A stretch of 64,000 nucleotides of DNA, taken from NCBI GenBank assembly GCA_051546255.1, contig CP128820.1:62001-126000 (forward strand), read 5' to 3'. The notes beneath the pieces are model-generated. The model was not told the DNA's origin. It ran no database searches and was given only the letters and a program-made list of their open reading frames with translations. Below, piece after piece: positions 43,512 to 54,446 of this stretch. The stretch comes from Meyerozyma guilliermondii. Lineage: Eukaryota. The position numbers and the translations under genes are program-made. Within the stretch, counting starts at the first letter, position 1. Every line of letters starts with the position of its first letter.

Positions 43512-44318
43512 ATGGATTTCCGCCAGTTTCCCGAAAATTTCCGTTCCGTCGACCGATTGCAGCCTGCGCTCACCGTGGGACTCCCGGTGTTCACCTTCGT
43601 GCTCGTATTGATCGACTTTGTCACCGGAAACGCCGTGAGCAACGCGTTTGCACTTTACGCCGGCGCCATTTTTAAGCTTGAACTCAACCGGATTTCGATG
43701 TACCCACTTGCTCACACGGGGATTTTCCACTGGTTTGTTAACGTGATCAGTTTGAGTCCACTTTTGGCTCGTTTTGAAAAAGTTCATGGAACGGTTTACA
43801 CCGGCATCACCCTCAATTTGTTGGCTGTTTCCACTGCTCTCATCTACTCACTTCTTGCTGGGATTATCAGTCCTTCTACCCGTGTCGAGGGACTTTCTGC
43901 CATCTGCTTCCTGTTTCTTGAATTCTACGCTTTAAAAGAACAGTCATATTACCCCATTGCTTTCCAGTGGGGTGATCGCTATCGTCTTCCTACCAAGTAT
44001 AGTGCCTTTGTGGTTCTTATTATCACATTTATTTTGGTCCCCAACTCTTCGTTGTTGGGTCACTTGGCTGGAATTGGCTCTGGCTACTTGTTGGCAGAGA
44101 ATTATCTCAAGATTTTGTATCCACCTCGTAAGGTGATCTTGTTCATCGAAGACAAGTTGGAACTGTTGATAGCAAAACTACTGCCAATTGTGGTTTATTA
44201 CCGTGAAGACCTGGCTGCTGACACCAGAACCGTTGCCTATGTACCCTTGTTTGGCTCTGATGCCGAAGCGTCCTCTGCAAGATTTGAAAGTAGCGGGCAT
44301 GTCTTGGGTACCTCCTAA
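43512..44318 (+). CDS. RBD2: Rhomboid-family intramembrane protease
   Basis: LNRISMYPLAH, FEKVHGTVYTG, GLS catalytic Ser, SLLGHLAG; ATG at 43512 (upstream ATG at 43443 possible). Confidence 0.88.
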   Translation: MDFRQFPENFRSVDRLQPALTVGLPVFTFVLVLIDFVTGNAVSNAFALYAGAIFKLELNRISMYPLAHTGIFHWFVNVISLSPLLARFEKVHGTVYTGITLNLLAVSTALIYSLLAGIISPSTRVEGLSAICFLFLEFYALKEQSYYPIAFQWGDRYRLPTKYSAFVVLIITFILVPNSSLLGHLAGIGSGYLLAENYLKILYPPRKVILFIEDKLELLIAKLLPIVVYYREDLAADTRTVAYVPLFGSDAEASSARFESSGHVLGTS

Positions 44319-44553
44319 TATAGAAGTTACAAAGCTAAATCTTTAATTAATAAAGTCTACAAAATTTACAAAGTCTATCAAACCACTAAAACCTGCTAGT
44401 CTGTAGTACACACTAGTCATTTGCTTACCAACCACATTCCCTTCCCACCTTCACCAGTCTTTTTCATCAGCCTCGTCCCTCCTCCACTTTCCTGCATTTT
44501 TCCACCCCACATTCGCGAGTCTGATTAAAAACATCCGCGGAAACCACCTATTG

Positions 44554-46698
44554 ATGGCCCTGTTGCGATCTCAGAACAACGCAAATGCTGAATTGCCCGC
44601 GGGAACTATGAGTCTGAGTAACCAACCACCGACAATCTCAGAATTGAACAAAAAGACCACCAAAAATGAATCTGACAATTTACAACAAAATAACAACGGT
44701 ACGCGGGGAAACCAGAACGGTAAAAGGCGAAGAAAATGGAACAAAAAGAAGAACAAAATTTCAAAACAGAACACAGAGAACTTGGACGGGACAAATGGTG
44801 AAGATGCTGGACACAACTCACAAAAAACGGAACCACAATCTCAACTCAATGAAGATTCCAGTCGAATTTCAAGTCGACTGAACGAACCAACTTTCACAAA
44901 AGACACGAAAGAAGACAAAACAAAAGACACGAAAGAAGAAATAGATGCACTGGCTCTTGTCGAAACTTTGAATCCTCCAACTCTAACTTCAAATGTTCCT
45001 ATGAGTCCTCGAAAACGGACCCTCATGAGACATAAGAAAAGTGACAACGACATGAAACGAGAAAGCTTTATACTAGATGCTAAGGGTAACTTGCGTAACC
45101 GGAACTCGTTCATTGAGGGTGCGGATACTTATTTGCAACTGCCCAAGGAGCCCTTGGGTCCTTTGAACATAAATGAAAAAGTGACTCTCTTCCAGTTCAA
45201 TTCGGCGAAAGTGGTACTATATCACGAAATGGTCGATAGTAACCAAAGTATCCCGAAGGAAAGCGGAACTTTGTTGGGTCATGGATCCTTCGAAGTGTTC
45301 CAGTTGCACAAAGGCGATGTGACCTACTTAAGTTGTGGCTCGTCGTTTGTTTATCCATTGTTACCGAAGCTCAAGATACTAAGAACTAACTTCAACCAGT
45401 TTATACTTCCCTTGGCAAACCCTGAGAGATACTGGCGCATCTCTTTGAATACGGAAGACGTAAAAATTATCAGAAGATTAGAAAGAACCTTGGAAGAAAA
45501 GATTCAGTATCGCAACTTTTATTTGGAAGACTCCTTTAAAGATGAAGATTACACTCAGACAATTGCCAATGGAAGCACTCACACACCATTACCATATCCT
45601 ACATCCGCCACTCCCCCATTCTCTGTCCACCATTACCTACCCATTGCACACGAACTCCCAGAATCTCCTCCCTCGGCTCCAATATCGCCCCAACAAGTTG
45701 ATTCCTACAAAGACACGATTAACAAAGATCCAATTCCGCTAGGGCAGGCTAGTTCAGACTGGCCGCTACGGAGAAAAACATCGGCACAATCGATGACAAG
45801 TGCTATTGCCAGCTTTAATCTTAAGGACGATGCTAATGAGCACCCATTCAAAAACCCTTACCAATTAGCTCAACCCAAGCCAAGGCGACAAATGGACCCT
45901 GGTAAGTTATCAGCACAACCAAAAATGGACCACCGTTTGCAGTATCCGTCGGAAAACGGTTTCCACGACCGCAAATCAGAGTCTTCAATGGACTCCTTGT
46001 TAGACGAATTTGAAGAAAACATCTCCATAACCAGGTCCATATCGTTTTCTGCCGCTAGGCCCGAATCTCACCTACCTTCAAGAGCGCCATCAAGACAGTC
46101 GTTCACATCGGCGGTGTCGAAGCCCAGACTAAATGTCCCCAAATATGACGAGCTGGAATTTCCCTCAACTTCTCTTTCCGAATACAACAAAATGCCGTCC
46201 AGGCGTTCATCACGAAGCGAGCTTTATACGTCTGAAACAAACTGGATGGAGCCCAATGCTCCCATGGACACTAGTAGACTTCCCAGATCCAGATCTTCCT
46301 ATAGTGTGGCTAGTAGCCATTATAATCGGAATGTCAAAGGTGCCGACTTGAACAGCACCTATCATAATATTTATCGATCCATCACACAGCGAAACCTCTC
46401 GCAATACGGTGGATCCAATGGTCGAAGTGCAGCTGAGCGCCATACAAATCAAGAGTTCAAAACCCCGTCGCTTCGAAACTACGACATGCGAGCCGGCTCA
46501 GAGCGTAGTTTTACCGAAAGTATCAAACTGACCCAATCAAGGCGTTCTGCTTTAGGACCGGGATTGAAAACCAATGACAATTCTCGTGACGAAAAATTGT
46601 CGTCCAAGCTCAACTCCACCGAGCTCTATAATATGATTCGAGCTAAGCGAGAATCAAACAAGGCTGGAGCCCCAAGACGATTTTTTGGATGGGGCTAA
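44554..46698 (+). CDS. INP1: Peroxisome inheritance protein (Inp1 domain); start uncertain (44554 or 44608)
   Basis: Core KVTLFQF...LLGHGSFEVFQLH...YLSCGSSFVYPLLPKLKILR...NPERYWRI in a disordered protein; adjacent to TOM40 and near PFK2 as in S. cerevisiae. Confidence 0.75.
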   Translation: MALLRSQNNANAELPAGTMSLSNQPPTISELNKKTTKNESDNLQQNNNGTRGNQNGKRRRKWNKKKNKISKQNTENLDGTNGEDAGHNSQKTEPQSQLNEDSSRISSRLNEPTFTKDTKEDKTKDTKEEIDALALVETLNPPTLTSNVPMSPRKRTLMRHKKSDNDMKRESFILDAKGNLRNRNSFIEGADTYLQLPKEPLGPLNINEKVTLFQFNSAKVVLYHEMVDSNQSIPKESGTLLGHGSFEVFQLHKGDVTYLSCGSSFVYPLLPKLKILRTNFNQFILPLANPERYWRISLNTEDVKIIRRLERTLEEKIQYRNFYLEDSFKDEDYTQTIANGSTHTPLPYPTSATPPFSVHHYLPIAHELPESPPSAPISPQQVDSYKDTINKDPIPLGQASSDWPLRRKTSAQSMTSAIASFNLKDDANEHPFKNPYQLAQPKPRRQMDPGKLSAQPKMDHRLQYPSENGFHDRKSESSMDSLLDEFEENISITRSISFSAARPESHLPSRAPSRQSFTSAVSKPRLNVPKYDELEFPSTSLSEYNKMPSRRSSRSELYTSETNWMEPNAPMDTSRLPRSRSSYSVASSHYNRNVKGADLNSTYHNIYRSITQRNLSQYGGSNGRSAAERHTNQEFKTPSLRNYDMRAGSERSFTESIKLTQSRRSALGPGLKTNDNSRDEKLSSKLNSTELYNMIRAKRESNKAGAPRRFFGWG
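44896..44939 (+). repeat. Tandem duplication with 24-bp period in INP1 (TKDTKEDK TKDTKEE)
   Basis: acaaaagacacgaaagaaga occurs at 44896 and 44920. Confidence 0.8.
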
Positions 46699-46771
46699 GA
46701 TTCCTTAAAGAACTTAATCTTATTTATTTGTATAATAGATCATTAGCAATATATACAAAGGTGCTACGACA

Positions 46772-47932
46772 CTACTGAGTGATTGGGTTACCGTTGGCAT
46801 CAATCAAACCTTGTTGCATCATCATCAACTGTTCATTTCCAGCTGCCTCGAATTGCAAACCGAGACCGAGTCTTGAAGCCGCCTTGACATGATCTATCTC
46901 ACCCGAGAACAAGACAGAAACTGTTGGCAAAACTCTCTTTTCCATGAACGCACTAACCTTACCAGTAGAGTCGATTTGACCTCTAAACACCGATTGACGG
47001 TACTCGTACTTGGCACCGATGGTGGTTTGACCTTCTACAACTGGCTCGAAACCAATTGGAGTTCCCATCAATGAATCAGTAACTGGCTTGACGGTAGCAG
47101 CAATTTGAGTTTCCAAACCAGCCTCAACCTTGTCGGTAACTTTTCTCCAGAACGATGCAATAAGAGCACCCTGAGCTTGCAATTGAGCAGAAGCAATCCA
47201 GTTTCCACCATTGTAACGAGCGACGTAAGATACAGCACTATCAGGAGGAGCAGCACCTGCCTGCTTTGAGTACATGGTCTCCAAACCCACGGCAAGGTTC
47301 GGGGTTAACGATTGCAAGAGCGAAGCCACGGCCACACCGCTGAACTTTCCATCGATGAATGATGGGTTCAACGACTTGAGGTTGATGGAAAAGTCACTGG
47401 CTTGATAGTCCTGTTCCAATTGAACCATTGAAGGTTGACCATTGGCCAATTGCAATGTAAGCTTGGAGATGTTATGCTTGTCCCATCCATAGTTCAATCT
47501 ACCGCTGAATGACAAATCATTGTCGATGTTACCCTGGAGAAAGTAGTCGTCGGTGGCATACAATGCCGAGAAAGCATATGGGGGCAAAACATTGGATCCT
47601 ACCGACAAGGTGTGCGAGGTCTGAAATGCTGGGGACATCAGGAATGCCTTGTTCAAGTCAGCTCTTAATCCAGTGAAGAAGTATTGCGTCAAAAACACAT
47701 CACGGCTCACTTCCTTGTTCAAGTTCTCGATGGTACCCGGATTGGTGAGTCCCAATGACTTTCTGTGTTCGCTGATGGTGATGTAGACGTCATTCAAATA
47801 TGAGAAGACGGGGTTAGACGACCACAAGCCGTTGGATTTAGGAGGTTCTGGGGTCACACCAGGCAAAGTTGGAATATGCATTTTAGAAAGATCGCCCAAG
47901 GGGACCGGCGAGCCGGAGGCGGGTTGGGACAT
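46772..47932 (-). CDS. TOM40: Mitochondrial outer-membrane translocase pore
   Basis: LGLTNPGTIENLNKEVSRDVFL, FTGLRADLNKAF, GAKYEYRQSVFRGQIDS. Confidence 0.96.
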   Translation of the reverse strand: MSQPASGSPVPLGDLSKMHIPTLPGVTPEPPKSNGLWSSNPVFSYLNDVYITISEHRKSLGLTNPGTIENLNKEVSRDVFLTQYFFTGLRADLNKAFLMSPAFQTSHTLSVGSNVLPPYAFSALYATDDYFLQGNIDNDLSFSGRLNYGWDKHNISKLTLQLANGQPSMVQLEQDYQASDFSINLKSLNPSFIDGKFSGVAVASLLQSLTPNLAVGLETMYSKQAGAAPPDSAVSYVARYNGGNWIASAQLQAQGALIASFWRKVTDKVEAGLETQIAATVKPVTDSLMGTPIGFEPVVEGQTTIGAKYEYRQSVFRGQIDSTGKVSAFMEKRVLPTVSVLFSGEIDHVKAASRLGLGLQFEAAGNEQLMMMQQGLIDANGNPITQ

Positions 47933-48353
47933 GGCGGATTAAGTTGAGATTCGTTTTGTCGAGCAATGAAAAATTTCCTGTGCTGGAGGTTACGCGGGTG
48001 CGTGGTGGTGGGGAGCGGCGTGCGTACATGTGGGAATGGTTGCAACTGACGGCACTAAGAATTGGAAAGGAAGTATGGGGTGAGTTCGAGAACTGAAGTG
48101 CAATTGATTCTTCATTATGCTCCCTACAGAATTGTACTAATATTGGTGTAATAAGCAAATACATTTCTATTATTTTAGGGTTTCAGAATTGACTCTTCAA
48201 TGAAAATGTTGTAACAATTCACGCCTCATGATAGATAATTTATGTTGACAATACTACTTATTAAATACTACGTGTCGAATACTACGTATTCGACTCAATT
48301 TGTCCTTCCGGTTGCAGATCTTTCCGCTGCGGCTACGGATCTGGTGATGTGTG

Positions 48354-48360
48354 CACGTGA
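48354..48360 (+). promoter_or_regulatory. E-box CACGTGA (Tye7/Cbf1 type) upstream of PFK2
   Basis: CACGTGA about 65 bp before the ATG of a glycolytic gene; Tye7 regulates glycolysis in CTG-clade yeasts. Confidence 0.5.
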
Positions 48361-48422
48361 CCCAGGATGAGGGTGTTCCGAAGTTAATCTACACCACCAC
48401 TTGTAACTTGTTTCTACCCCAA

Positions 48423-51281
48423 ATGAAGTGGCCAGTTGTTAATGGCGTGTCGTGTGTCACGTACTACGCCCACGACCACGAACTAGTAGACAATGCTGTT
48501 CGTTTCTATACAAATTACTTGGGGCTCACAATTCACTCCGAGACCGACAACGGAGTTTATTTGGCCTCCGACGATTCTTTACTTGTTCTCAAGTTGGTAG
48601 TGAGCAAGGAAGCGCCCGACTCGGCGGAAGTGAAGAAGATCCACAAGAGATTTGAAGAGGATCTCAATATTGTGGATTGGAGGTCAAGAGCTCCTGGGTT
48701 CACCTTGTCGATTGCAGATTTGAACTCCACTATTCTCAAGTTGCAACAAGCAGGATTGGTGCTTCAGATAACTCCCAATGACTTGTATCCTAACGAAGCA
48801 TACTTTATCGATCCATTGGGAAATCTTGTTGGATTGACCACTACTGCCAATCCACTCTCTTTGGTACCTCCGGTGAAAAAATTGGACCAGCCAAATGAAG
48901 GCTACATTATGTCTGCCACGGTTTCAGAGGCCACCAACAACAACGGAGCTCCGCTCAAGGGTAGCAAAAATGTGGCAGTGATGACTTCTGGTGGAGATGC
49001 TCCTGGAATGAATGCTTGTGTTCGTGCTGTTGTTCGCGCTGCCATCTACCATGAATGCAAAGCATTTTGCGTAATGGAAGGTTACGAAGGTTTGGTGCGT
49101 GGAGGAAAAGAGTATATCAAGGAAATGTCCTGGCAAGATGTCAGAGGTTTGCTTGCTGAAGGTGGAACCAATATTGGAACTGCTCGTTGTAAGGCTTTCA
49201 GAGAACGTCCTGGCCGGTTGCAGGCATGCCAAAATATGATTGAGGCAGGAATTGATGCGTTGATCGTATGTGGAGGAGACGGCTCTTTGACTGGAGCCGA
49301 TCTTTTCAGAGCTGAATGGCCTTCATTGATCAAAGAATTGCTCGATACAAACCGTATCAACCAGTCGCAATACCACACATACAAGCATTTGAATATCTGT
49401 GGAACTGTGGGGTCAATTGACAATGATATGGCCACCACTGACGCTACCATTGGTGCCTACAGTGCGTTGGCTCGTGTATGTCAAGCCATTGACTACATTG
49501 ATGCTACTGCCAACTCCCATTCAAGAGCCTTTGTGGTGGAAGTTATGGGCAGACACTGCGGTTGGTTAGCACTCATGGCAGGTATAGCGACTAGCGCTGA
49601 TTATATCATGATCCCAGAGAAGCCTTCTTCCTCAAAAGGGTGGAAAGAGCAAATGTGTGAGATTGTTTCGAAACATAGATCCAAGGGAAAACGGAAAACT
49701 ATCGTTATTGTTGCTGAGGGAGCCGTCACCTCTGAGTTGGAGCCCATCTCGTCCAAAGAAGTACGTGATGAGCTCGTCAAGTTGGGTCTTGATACCAGAA
49801 TCACTACGTTGGGACATGTTCAAAGAGGTGGTACTGCGGTGGCATATGATCGTATTTTGGCTACTTTGCAAGGTGTAGAGGCAGTCAAAGCGGTTTTGGA
49901 ATGTACACCCGATACTCCTTCTCCCCTTATTGCAGTTGTGGAGAACAAGATTGTACGCAAGTCGTTGGTAGAAGCCGTACAGATCACGAAATCCGTCGCC
50001 GAAGCCATTGAAGAGAAAAACTTTGATAAGGCAATGGACTTGCGAGACTCAGAGTTTGTGGAACATCTCCACAATTTCATTGCCATGAACTCGGCTAACC
50101 ATAACGAGCCATCTTTGCCTGTGGAAAAGAGAAAGAAGATTGCCATTGTGAACATCGGTGCTCCAGCTGGTGGTATGAATAGTGCCGTGTACGCCATGGC
50201 TACCTACTGTATGTCAAGAGGACATACTCCGTACGCCATACACAACGGGTTCTCTGGTTTGGCAAGACACGAGTCCGTCAATCTGATAGACTGGTTGCTG
50301 ATTCAAGGCTACAATTCTGTTGGTGGATCTGAAATCGGTACCAATAGAGCAACTCCTCATGAAACCGATATTGGTATGATTGCATACTACTTTGAGAAAT
50401 ATCAATTTGATGGACTTATACTTGTTGGTGGTTTCGAAGCATTCGTATCATTGGATGAATTGGAGAAGGCACGATGTACATATCCATCTTTCAGAATTCC
50501 AATGGTGTTGATACCTGCCACCATCTCCAACAATGTCCCCGGCACCGAATACTCGCTTGGTGCGGATACTTGCTTGAATGCATTGGTCGAATATTGTGAT
50601 GTTGTCAAGCAATCTGCATCGGCCACAAGAGACAGGACATTTGTAATAGAAGTTCAAGGTGGTAATTCCGGGTACATTGCAACTTTTGCATCGTTGGCTG
50701 TTGGTGCTCAGATTTCGTATGTTCCTGAAGAAGGTGTAGCCTTAGACCAACTAGAGGCTGATATTGCATCTTTACGCAAACAATTTGCTAGTGAAAAAGG
50801 CATGTCGAAATCAGGAAAGCTTATTTTGAAGAGCTCAAATGCATCAAAAGTGTTGACTACGCAAGTTCTCGCTGATATCGTCAAGCAAGAGGCTCATGGA
50901 GAGTTCGATACAAAGACTGCTATCCCAGGACATGTGCAACAAGGTGGTTTACCTTCTCCTATAGACAGAACCAGAGCAGCCAGATTTGCAATTCGCAGTG
51001 TCCAGTTCATTGAAGATTCTTTTGATACGATTAACAAGCACCACTATGATGTCGATTTCCCCATTGAGAATACCGAACTTTCTAATACTGCTGCTGTTTT
51101 GGGAGTCAAGTCATCTCATTTGAAGTTTACTTCAATCCGCAAATTGTACGATTTCGAAACAGAGTTGGGAAGAAGAATGCCCAAGAAGATCTCGTGGAAA
51201 TTCACCAGAGACGTTGCTGACCGTTTAGTCGGCAGAGAAAGACTCATCAAGGAACTGGGCCAGGTTCCTTCATTAGCTTAG
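48423..51281 (+). CDS. PFK2: 6-phosphofructokinase beta subunit
   Basis: Glyoxalase-like N-terminal extension, MTSGGDAPGMN, GGDGSLTGA, GSIDND, EVMGRHCG, second half with ISNNVPGT; ATG at 48423. Confidence 0.93.
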   Translation: MKWPVVNGVSCVTYYAHDHELVDNAVRFYTNYLGLTIHSETDNGVYLASDDSLLVLKLVVSKEAPDSAEVKKIHKRFEEDLNIVDWRSRAPGFTLSIADLNSTILKLQQAGLVLQITPNDLYPNEAYFIDPLGNLVGLTTTANPLSLVPPVKKLDQPNEGYIMSATVSEATNNNGAPLKGSKNVAVMTSGGDAPGMNACVRAVVRAAIYHECKAFCVMEGYEGLVRGGKEYIKEMSWQDVRGLLAEGGTNIGTARCKAFRERPGRLQACQNMIEAGIDALIVCGGDGSLTGADLFRAEWPSLIKELLDTNRINQSQYHTYKHLNICGTVGSIDNDMATTDATIGAYSALARVCQAIDYIDATANSHSRAFVVEVMGRHCGWLALMAGIATSADYIMIPEKPSSSKGWKEQMCEIVSKHRSKGKRKTIVIVAEGAVTSELEPISSKEVRDELVKLGLDTRITTLGHVQRGGTAVAYDRILATLQGVEAVKAVLECTPDTPSPLIAVVENKIVRKSLVEAVQITKSVAEAIEEKNFDKAMDLRDSEFVEHLHNFIAMNSANHNEPSLPVEKRKKIAIVNIGAPAGGMNSAVYAMATYCMSRGHTPYAIHNGFSGLARHESVNLIDWLLIQGYNSVGGSEIGTNRATPHETDIGMIAYYFEKYQFDGLILVGGFEAFVSLDELEKARCTYPSFRIPMVLIPATISNNVPGTEYSLGADTCLNALVEYCDVVKQSASATRDRTFVIEVQGGNSGYIATFASLAVGAQISYVPEEGVALDQLEADIASLRKQFASEKGMSKSGKLILKSSNASKVLTTQVLADIVKQEAHGEFDTKTAIPGHVQQGGLPSPIDRTRAARFAIRSVQFIEDSFDTINKHHYDVDFPIENTELSNTAAVLGVKSSHLKFTSIRKLYDFETELGRRMPKKISWKFTRDVADRLVGRERLIKELGQVPSLA

Positions 51282-51352
51282 TATTGTAAAGACTAATTCG
51301 CACCAAATTTATTTTTCAAAGTAAATGCTACCAAAATAAAATCTGTGTGTTT

Positions 51353-52217
51353 ATGTTATCCATCTTTGAAGATGCCAATGGTATGTATCCTATTCTATGG
51401 AATGCACCCAATTTCTAACACAGACATACGTAATAAACTAGGTGAAAGCAGTAGCCAAGATTCTCTTCGTTCGTGTCTTCCATTGATTTCAAATTTGAAC
51501 CATATTGCATCTAAACATTATAATGATCTCAATGCATTTGAAAAGCAAAAATGCACTGACATGCTAGCAGAGCTTCGCAAGTTGTATAGTGCAAAAGAAA
51601 AAATGCTCAACAAGACCACTTTTCAGTTTATTGGCGATCCAATACCACCCTCGTCAATCGAGACAACATCATTAAAACTCCGTCATGAAATAGAAGTTAA
51701 ACCACAACTACATGGCTTACGTCTCCGGAAGCATATAATCAGCACTAATCTACCCCATATGCTTATTTCAGATATACAAGAATCTATATTATCTAACTGG
51801 AAACAAGACCCGATCAGATCAATACATTTGCAGGATATTGATTCGTCCATATTGCATTTGGTGTCTAATGGACCTGTTATAGTGGAAAGAGCCCGCAATT
51901 CGGTCTTGATAATCGATTGCCATCAACTTCGGCTCCACGAAGTGGTGAATTGCACCATTGTGGTCAATGTGAGTAATGATCGAATAGTGATTGAAACATG
52001 CAATAACCTCAAAATTGTGCCACAAAAAGAAAAACTATTAACCATTGATGATTTCAGCTGGCCTACATTGGGAGAAGTGAACCCCCACTACACAATTTCA
52101 GACGCTCAAGACTACGCATGGATTGAAGAGATTCAAGAGGGAGCCTTGAATTCCGCACAATTGACACAAGTCAAAAAAGCCGCAGAAACACGAGAGGGGA
52201 GTGACCCATCTGGATGA
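51353..52217 (+). CDS. CIN2: Tubulin-folding cofactor C, spliced: join(51353..51380, 51424..52217)
   Basis: CHQLRLH, IVIETC and IDDFSW C-CAP/TBCC motifs; intron GTATGT...TTCTAACACAG gives MLSIFEDAND|IRNKL. Confidence 0.8.
51381..51423 (+). other. Spliceosomal intron of CIN2 (43 nt)
   Basis: GTATGT ... TTCTAAC ACAG; phase-1 junction is in frame with ATG 51353. Confidence 0.75.
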
Positions 52218-52287
52218 GAGGCTTCGGAGTTTAAAATTGCCGTCCGAGTCTGACATTGGTGATCGAGCCACTTGCTGAAAAGGCATT

Positions 52288-52323
52288 TTTACCGCGATAG
52301 CCGCCGATACCCGGTGATAGCCG
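52288..52323 (+). promoter_or_regulatory. Aro80-type UAS (direct CCG repeats) upstream of ARO10
   Basis: tttaCCGcgatagCCGccgatacCCGgtgatagCCG; CCG at 52292, 52301, 52311 and 52321 (spacers 6, 7, 7). Confidence 0.75.
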
Positions 52324-52467
52324 CTCGCTCTTAGACCCTGTTCCGCCGTGTACCGAGTGCTACCGCTTGGTGCCGGTAAGCCGCTGTTATCCACCAGGCA
52401 CACGATGGCTTGGATCCCCTCATACGAGGTTTATAAATATCACGGGATTTGAGTCGAACTATACAAA

Positions 52468-54348
52468 ATGGTTCCAATTGCAACAAATACTGGTAGTAGT
52501 GAAAGCTTAACCAATGGTGAAAATATTCCCTTAGGAGAGTATCTTTTCTTAAGAATATGCCAGGCTAATCCCAGACTCAAGTCTATCTTTGGTATACCTG
52601 GTGATTTCAATCTTAACTTGTTGGAACATTTATACACCAAGTCTGTTGCAGAAGACAAGAAAGTACGTTTCATCAACCTTTGCAATGAACTCAATGCTAG
52701 TTACACGGTCGATGGGTATGCCAAAGTTATTGATGGTCTCGCGGTTCTCATCACTACTTATGGTGTTGGAGAGTTATCTGCTATCAATGGTGTGTCTGGA
52801 GCATTTGCTGAGTTTGCTCCGGTTTTACATATTGTGGGAACAACTTCATCGAAACAAATGGAATTTGCTGAATCTTCCAGTGGTGGAAATGTGGTTAATA
52901 TCCATCACTTGGTACAGAACAAGAACCCTTTGTGTGCTCCAGACCATAATGTGTACAAGAAGTTGGTCAATGACGTTTCAATGGTCCAAGAAAGTCTCAC
53001 TAAAGAGGGAATAGAAGATGGAACAAACTTGGAAAAGATAGACAAGGTATTGCGGGTTATTTTGGCAGAATCACGCCCAGGCTACTTGTACATTCCTAGC
53101 GATATACCCGATATGATGGTTCCTTCTTCTAGGCTCTCGGAACCATTAGAAAAAGAAGCAGTCGTTGATCAGGAATTATTGAGCACAATTACCAAAAGGA
53201 TCTTGTCCAAATTTTACAATTCGAAAAGACCTGCGGTACTTGGAGATACATTAATAACCAGATTTGGACTTCAGAAAGAATTTGAAGAGTTTGTTGCCGA
53301 GCTTCCAGCAAACTTTGTTCGGTTATTTTCTACCAATATGTCTCGCTACTTGGATGAAACTTTACCTAATTTTGTGGGTACCTACTATGGCGCACTCACT
53401 TCTAATGCGGATGTGAGAGCTGACTTGGAGTTGAACACTGACTTCTTGATCACTTTCGGCTACATGAATGTGGAGACTAATACCGGGGTATACACGCAGA
53501 ACTACAAGTACATTGACGACTATGTCGAGATCCACCCAGACTATATTCTTATAGATGGTGAGTATATCGTCACCAAGAATTACAAGACAGGTGAGAGAAA
53601 GTTTTCAATGGGACATTTAGTTCAAGAGTTGTGGCTGACGTTGGATTCTTCAAGATTTGTGCACAATAGTAAAACCATCAACAACATTTCCTTTAAGTCT
53701 TCGCCAACCAAACAGCATACAAAGGAAAGCAAATCTGGAAGAATTTCACAAACAAAGTTGGTTGATTATTTCAACGAGAGTCTTCAAGAAAACGATATCT
53801 TGATCGTTGAAACCTGTACATTCATGTTCTCAGTTCCTGACTTGCACTTCCCCAAAGGAGTTTCGTTTTACTCTCAAAACTTTTACGGATCCATTGGTTA
53901 TGCCTTACCAGCCACTCTTGGTGCCTCTGTTGCTGAGTACGATCTTGGAACCAACAGAAGAATTATTCTTGTGGAGGGAGACGGGCTGGCACAGATGACA
54001 GTGCAAGAATTGTCAACCTTCTTGAGATACGATATTGTACCTCCCAAGATATTTTTGATTAACAACGAGGGATATACCGTAGAAAGAGTGATTAAGGGTC
54101 CAACGAGAAGTTACAATGACATTCAAGATTGCTGGCAATGGACAAAGCTTTTTGAAATATTTGGAGATGTTAATCACGAAAAGCATTCGAGCATAATCTT
54201 GAAAACTGACTCTGATTTGGATGAGTTTAGCATGAGCGATGACTCAAAGATACAGTTCATTGAACTTTCCATGGATAAGCTTGACTCGCCAGAAAGGTTA
54301 CACCAGATTGCTACGAGGAAGTTTGCTAGTCCACTTACTAGAGCCTGA
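52468..54348 (+). CDS. ARO10: Thiamine-diphosphate 2-oxo-acid (phenylpyruvate) decarboxylase
   Basis: IPLGEYLFLRI, FGIPGDFNL, NELNASY, TYGVGELSA, NIHHLV, GDG(S)AQMTVQE...NNEGYTVER; Aro80-type promoter. Confidence 0.88.
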   Translation: MVPIATNTGSSESLTNGENIPLGEYLFLRICQANPRLKSIFGIPGDFNLNLLEHLYTKSVAEDKKVRFINLCNELNASYTVDGYAKVIDGLAVLITTYGVGELSAINGVSGAFAEFAPVLHIVGTTSSKQMEFAESSSGGNVVNIHHLVQNKNPLCAPDHNVYKKLVNDVSMVQESLTKEGIEDGTNLEKIDKVLRVILAESRPGYLYIPSDIPDMMVPSSRLSEPLEKEAVVDQELLSTITKRILSKFYNSKRPAVLGDTLITRFGLQKEFEEFVAELPANFVRLFSTNMSRYLDETLPNFVGTYYGALTSNADVRADLELNTDFLITFGYMNVETNTGVYTQNYKYIDDYVEIHPDYILIDGEYIVTKNYKTGERKFSMGHLVQELWLTLDSSRFVHNSKTINNISFKSSPTKQHTKESKSGRISQTKLVDYFNESLQENDILIVETCTFMFSVPDLHFPKGVSFYSQNFYGSIGYALPATLGASVAEYDLGTNRRIILVEGDGLAQMTVQELSTFLRYDIVPPKIFLINNEGYTVERVIKGPTRSYNDIQDCWQWTKLFEIFGDVNHEKHSSIILKTDSDLDEFSMSDDSKIQFIELSMDKLDSPERLHQIATRKFASPLTRA

Positions 54349-54446
54349 GAAAAATGCCATAAAAATCACGCTAAGTGGTCCATTATCCAATTTTGTACAG
54401 TAAAATATGTCAATATATGGCTTGGCTACAAGTTTCTACTATTTGT

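Noticed and set aside
48309..48326. Possible Gal4 site upstream of PFK2
   Set aside because: Spacing is CGG-N12-CCG, not the canonical N11.
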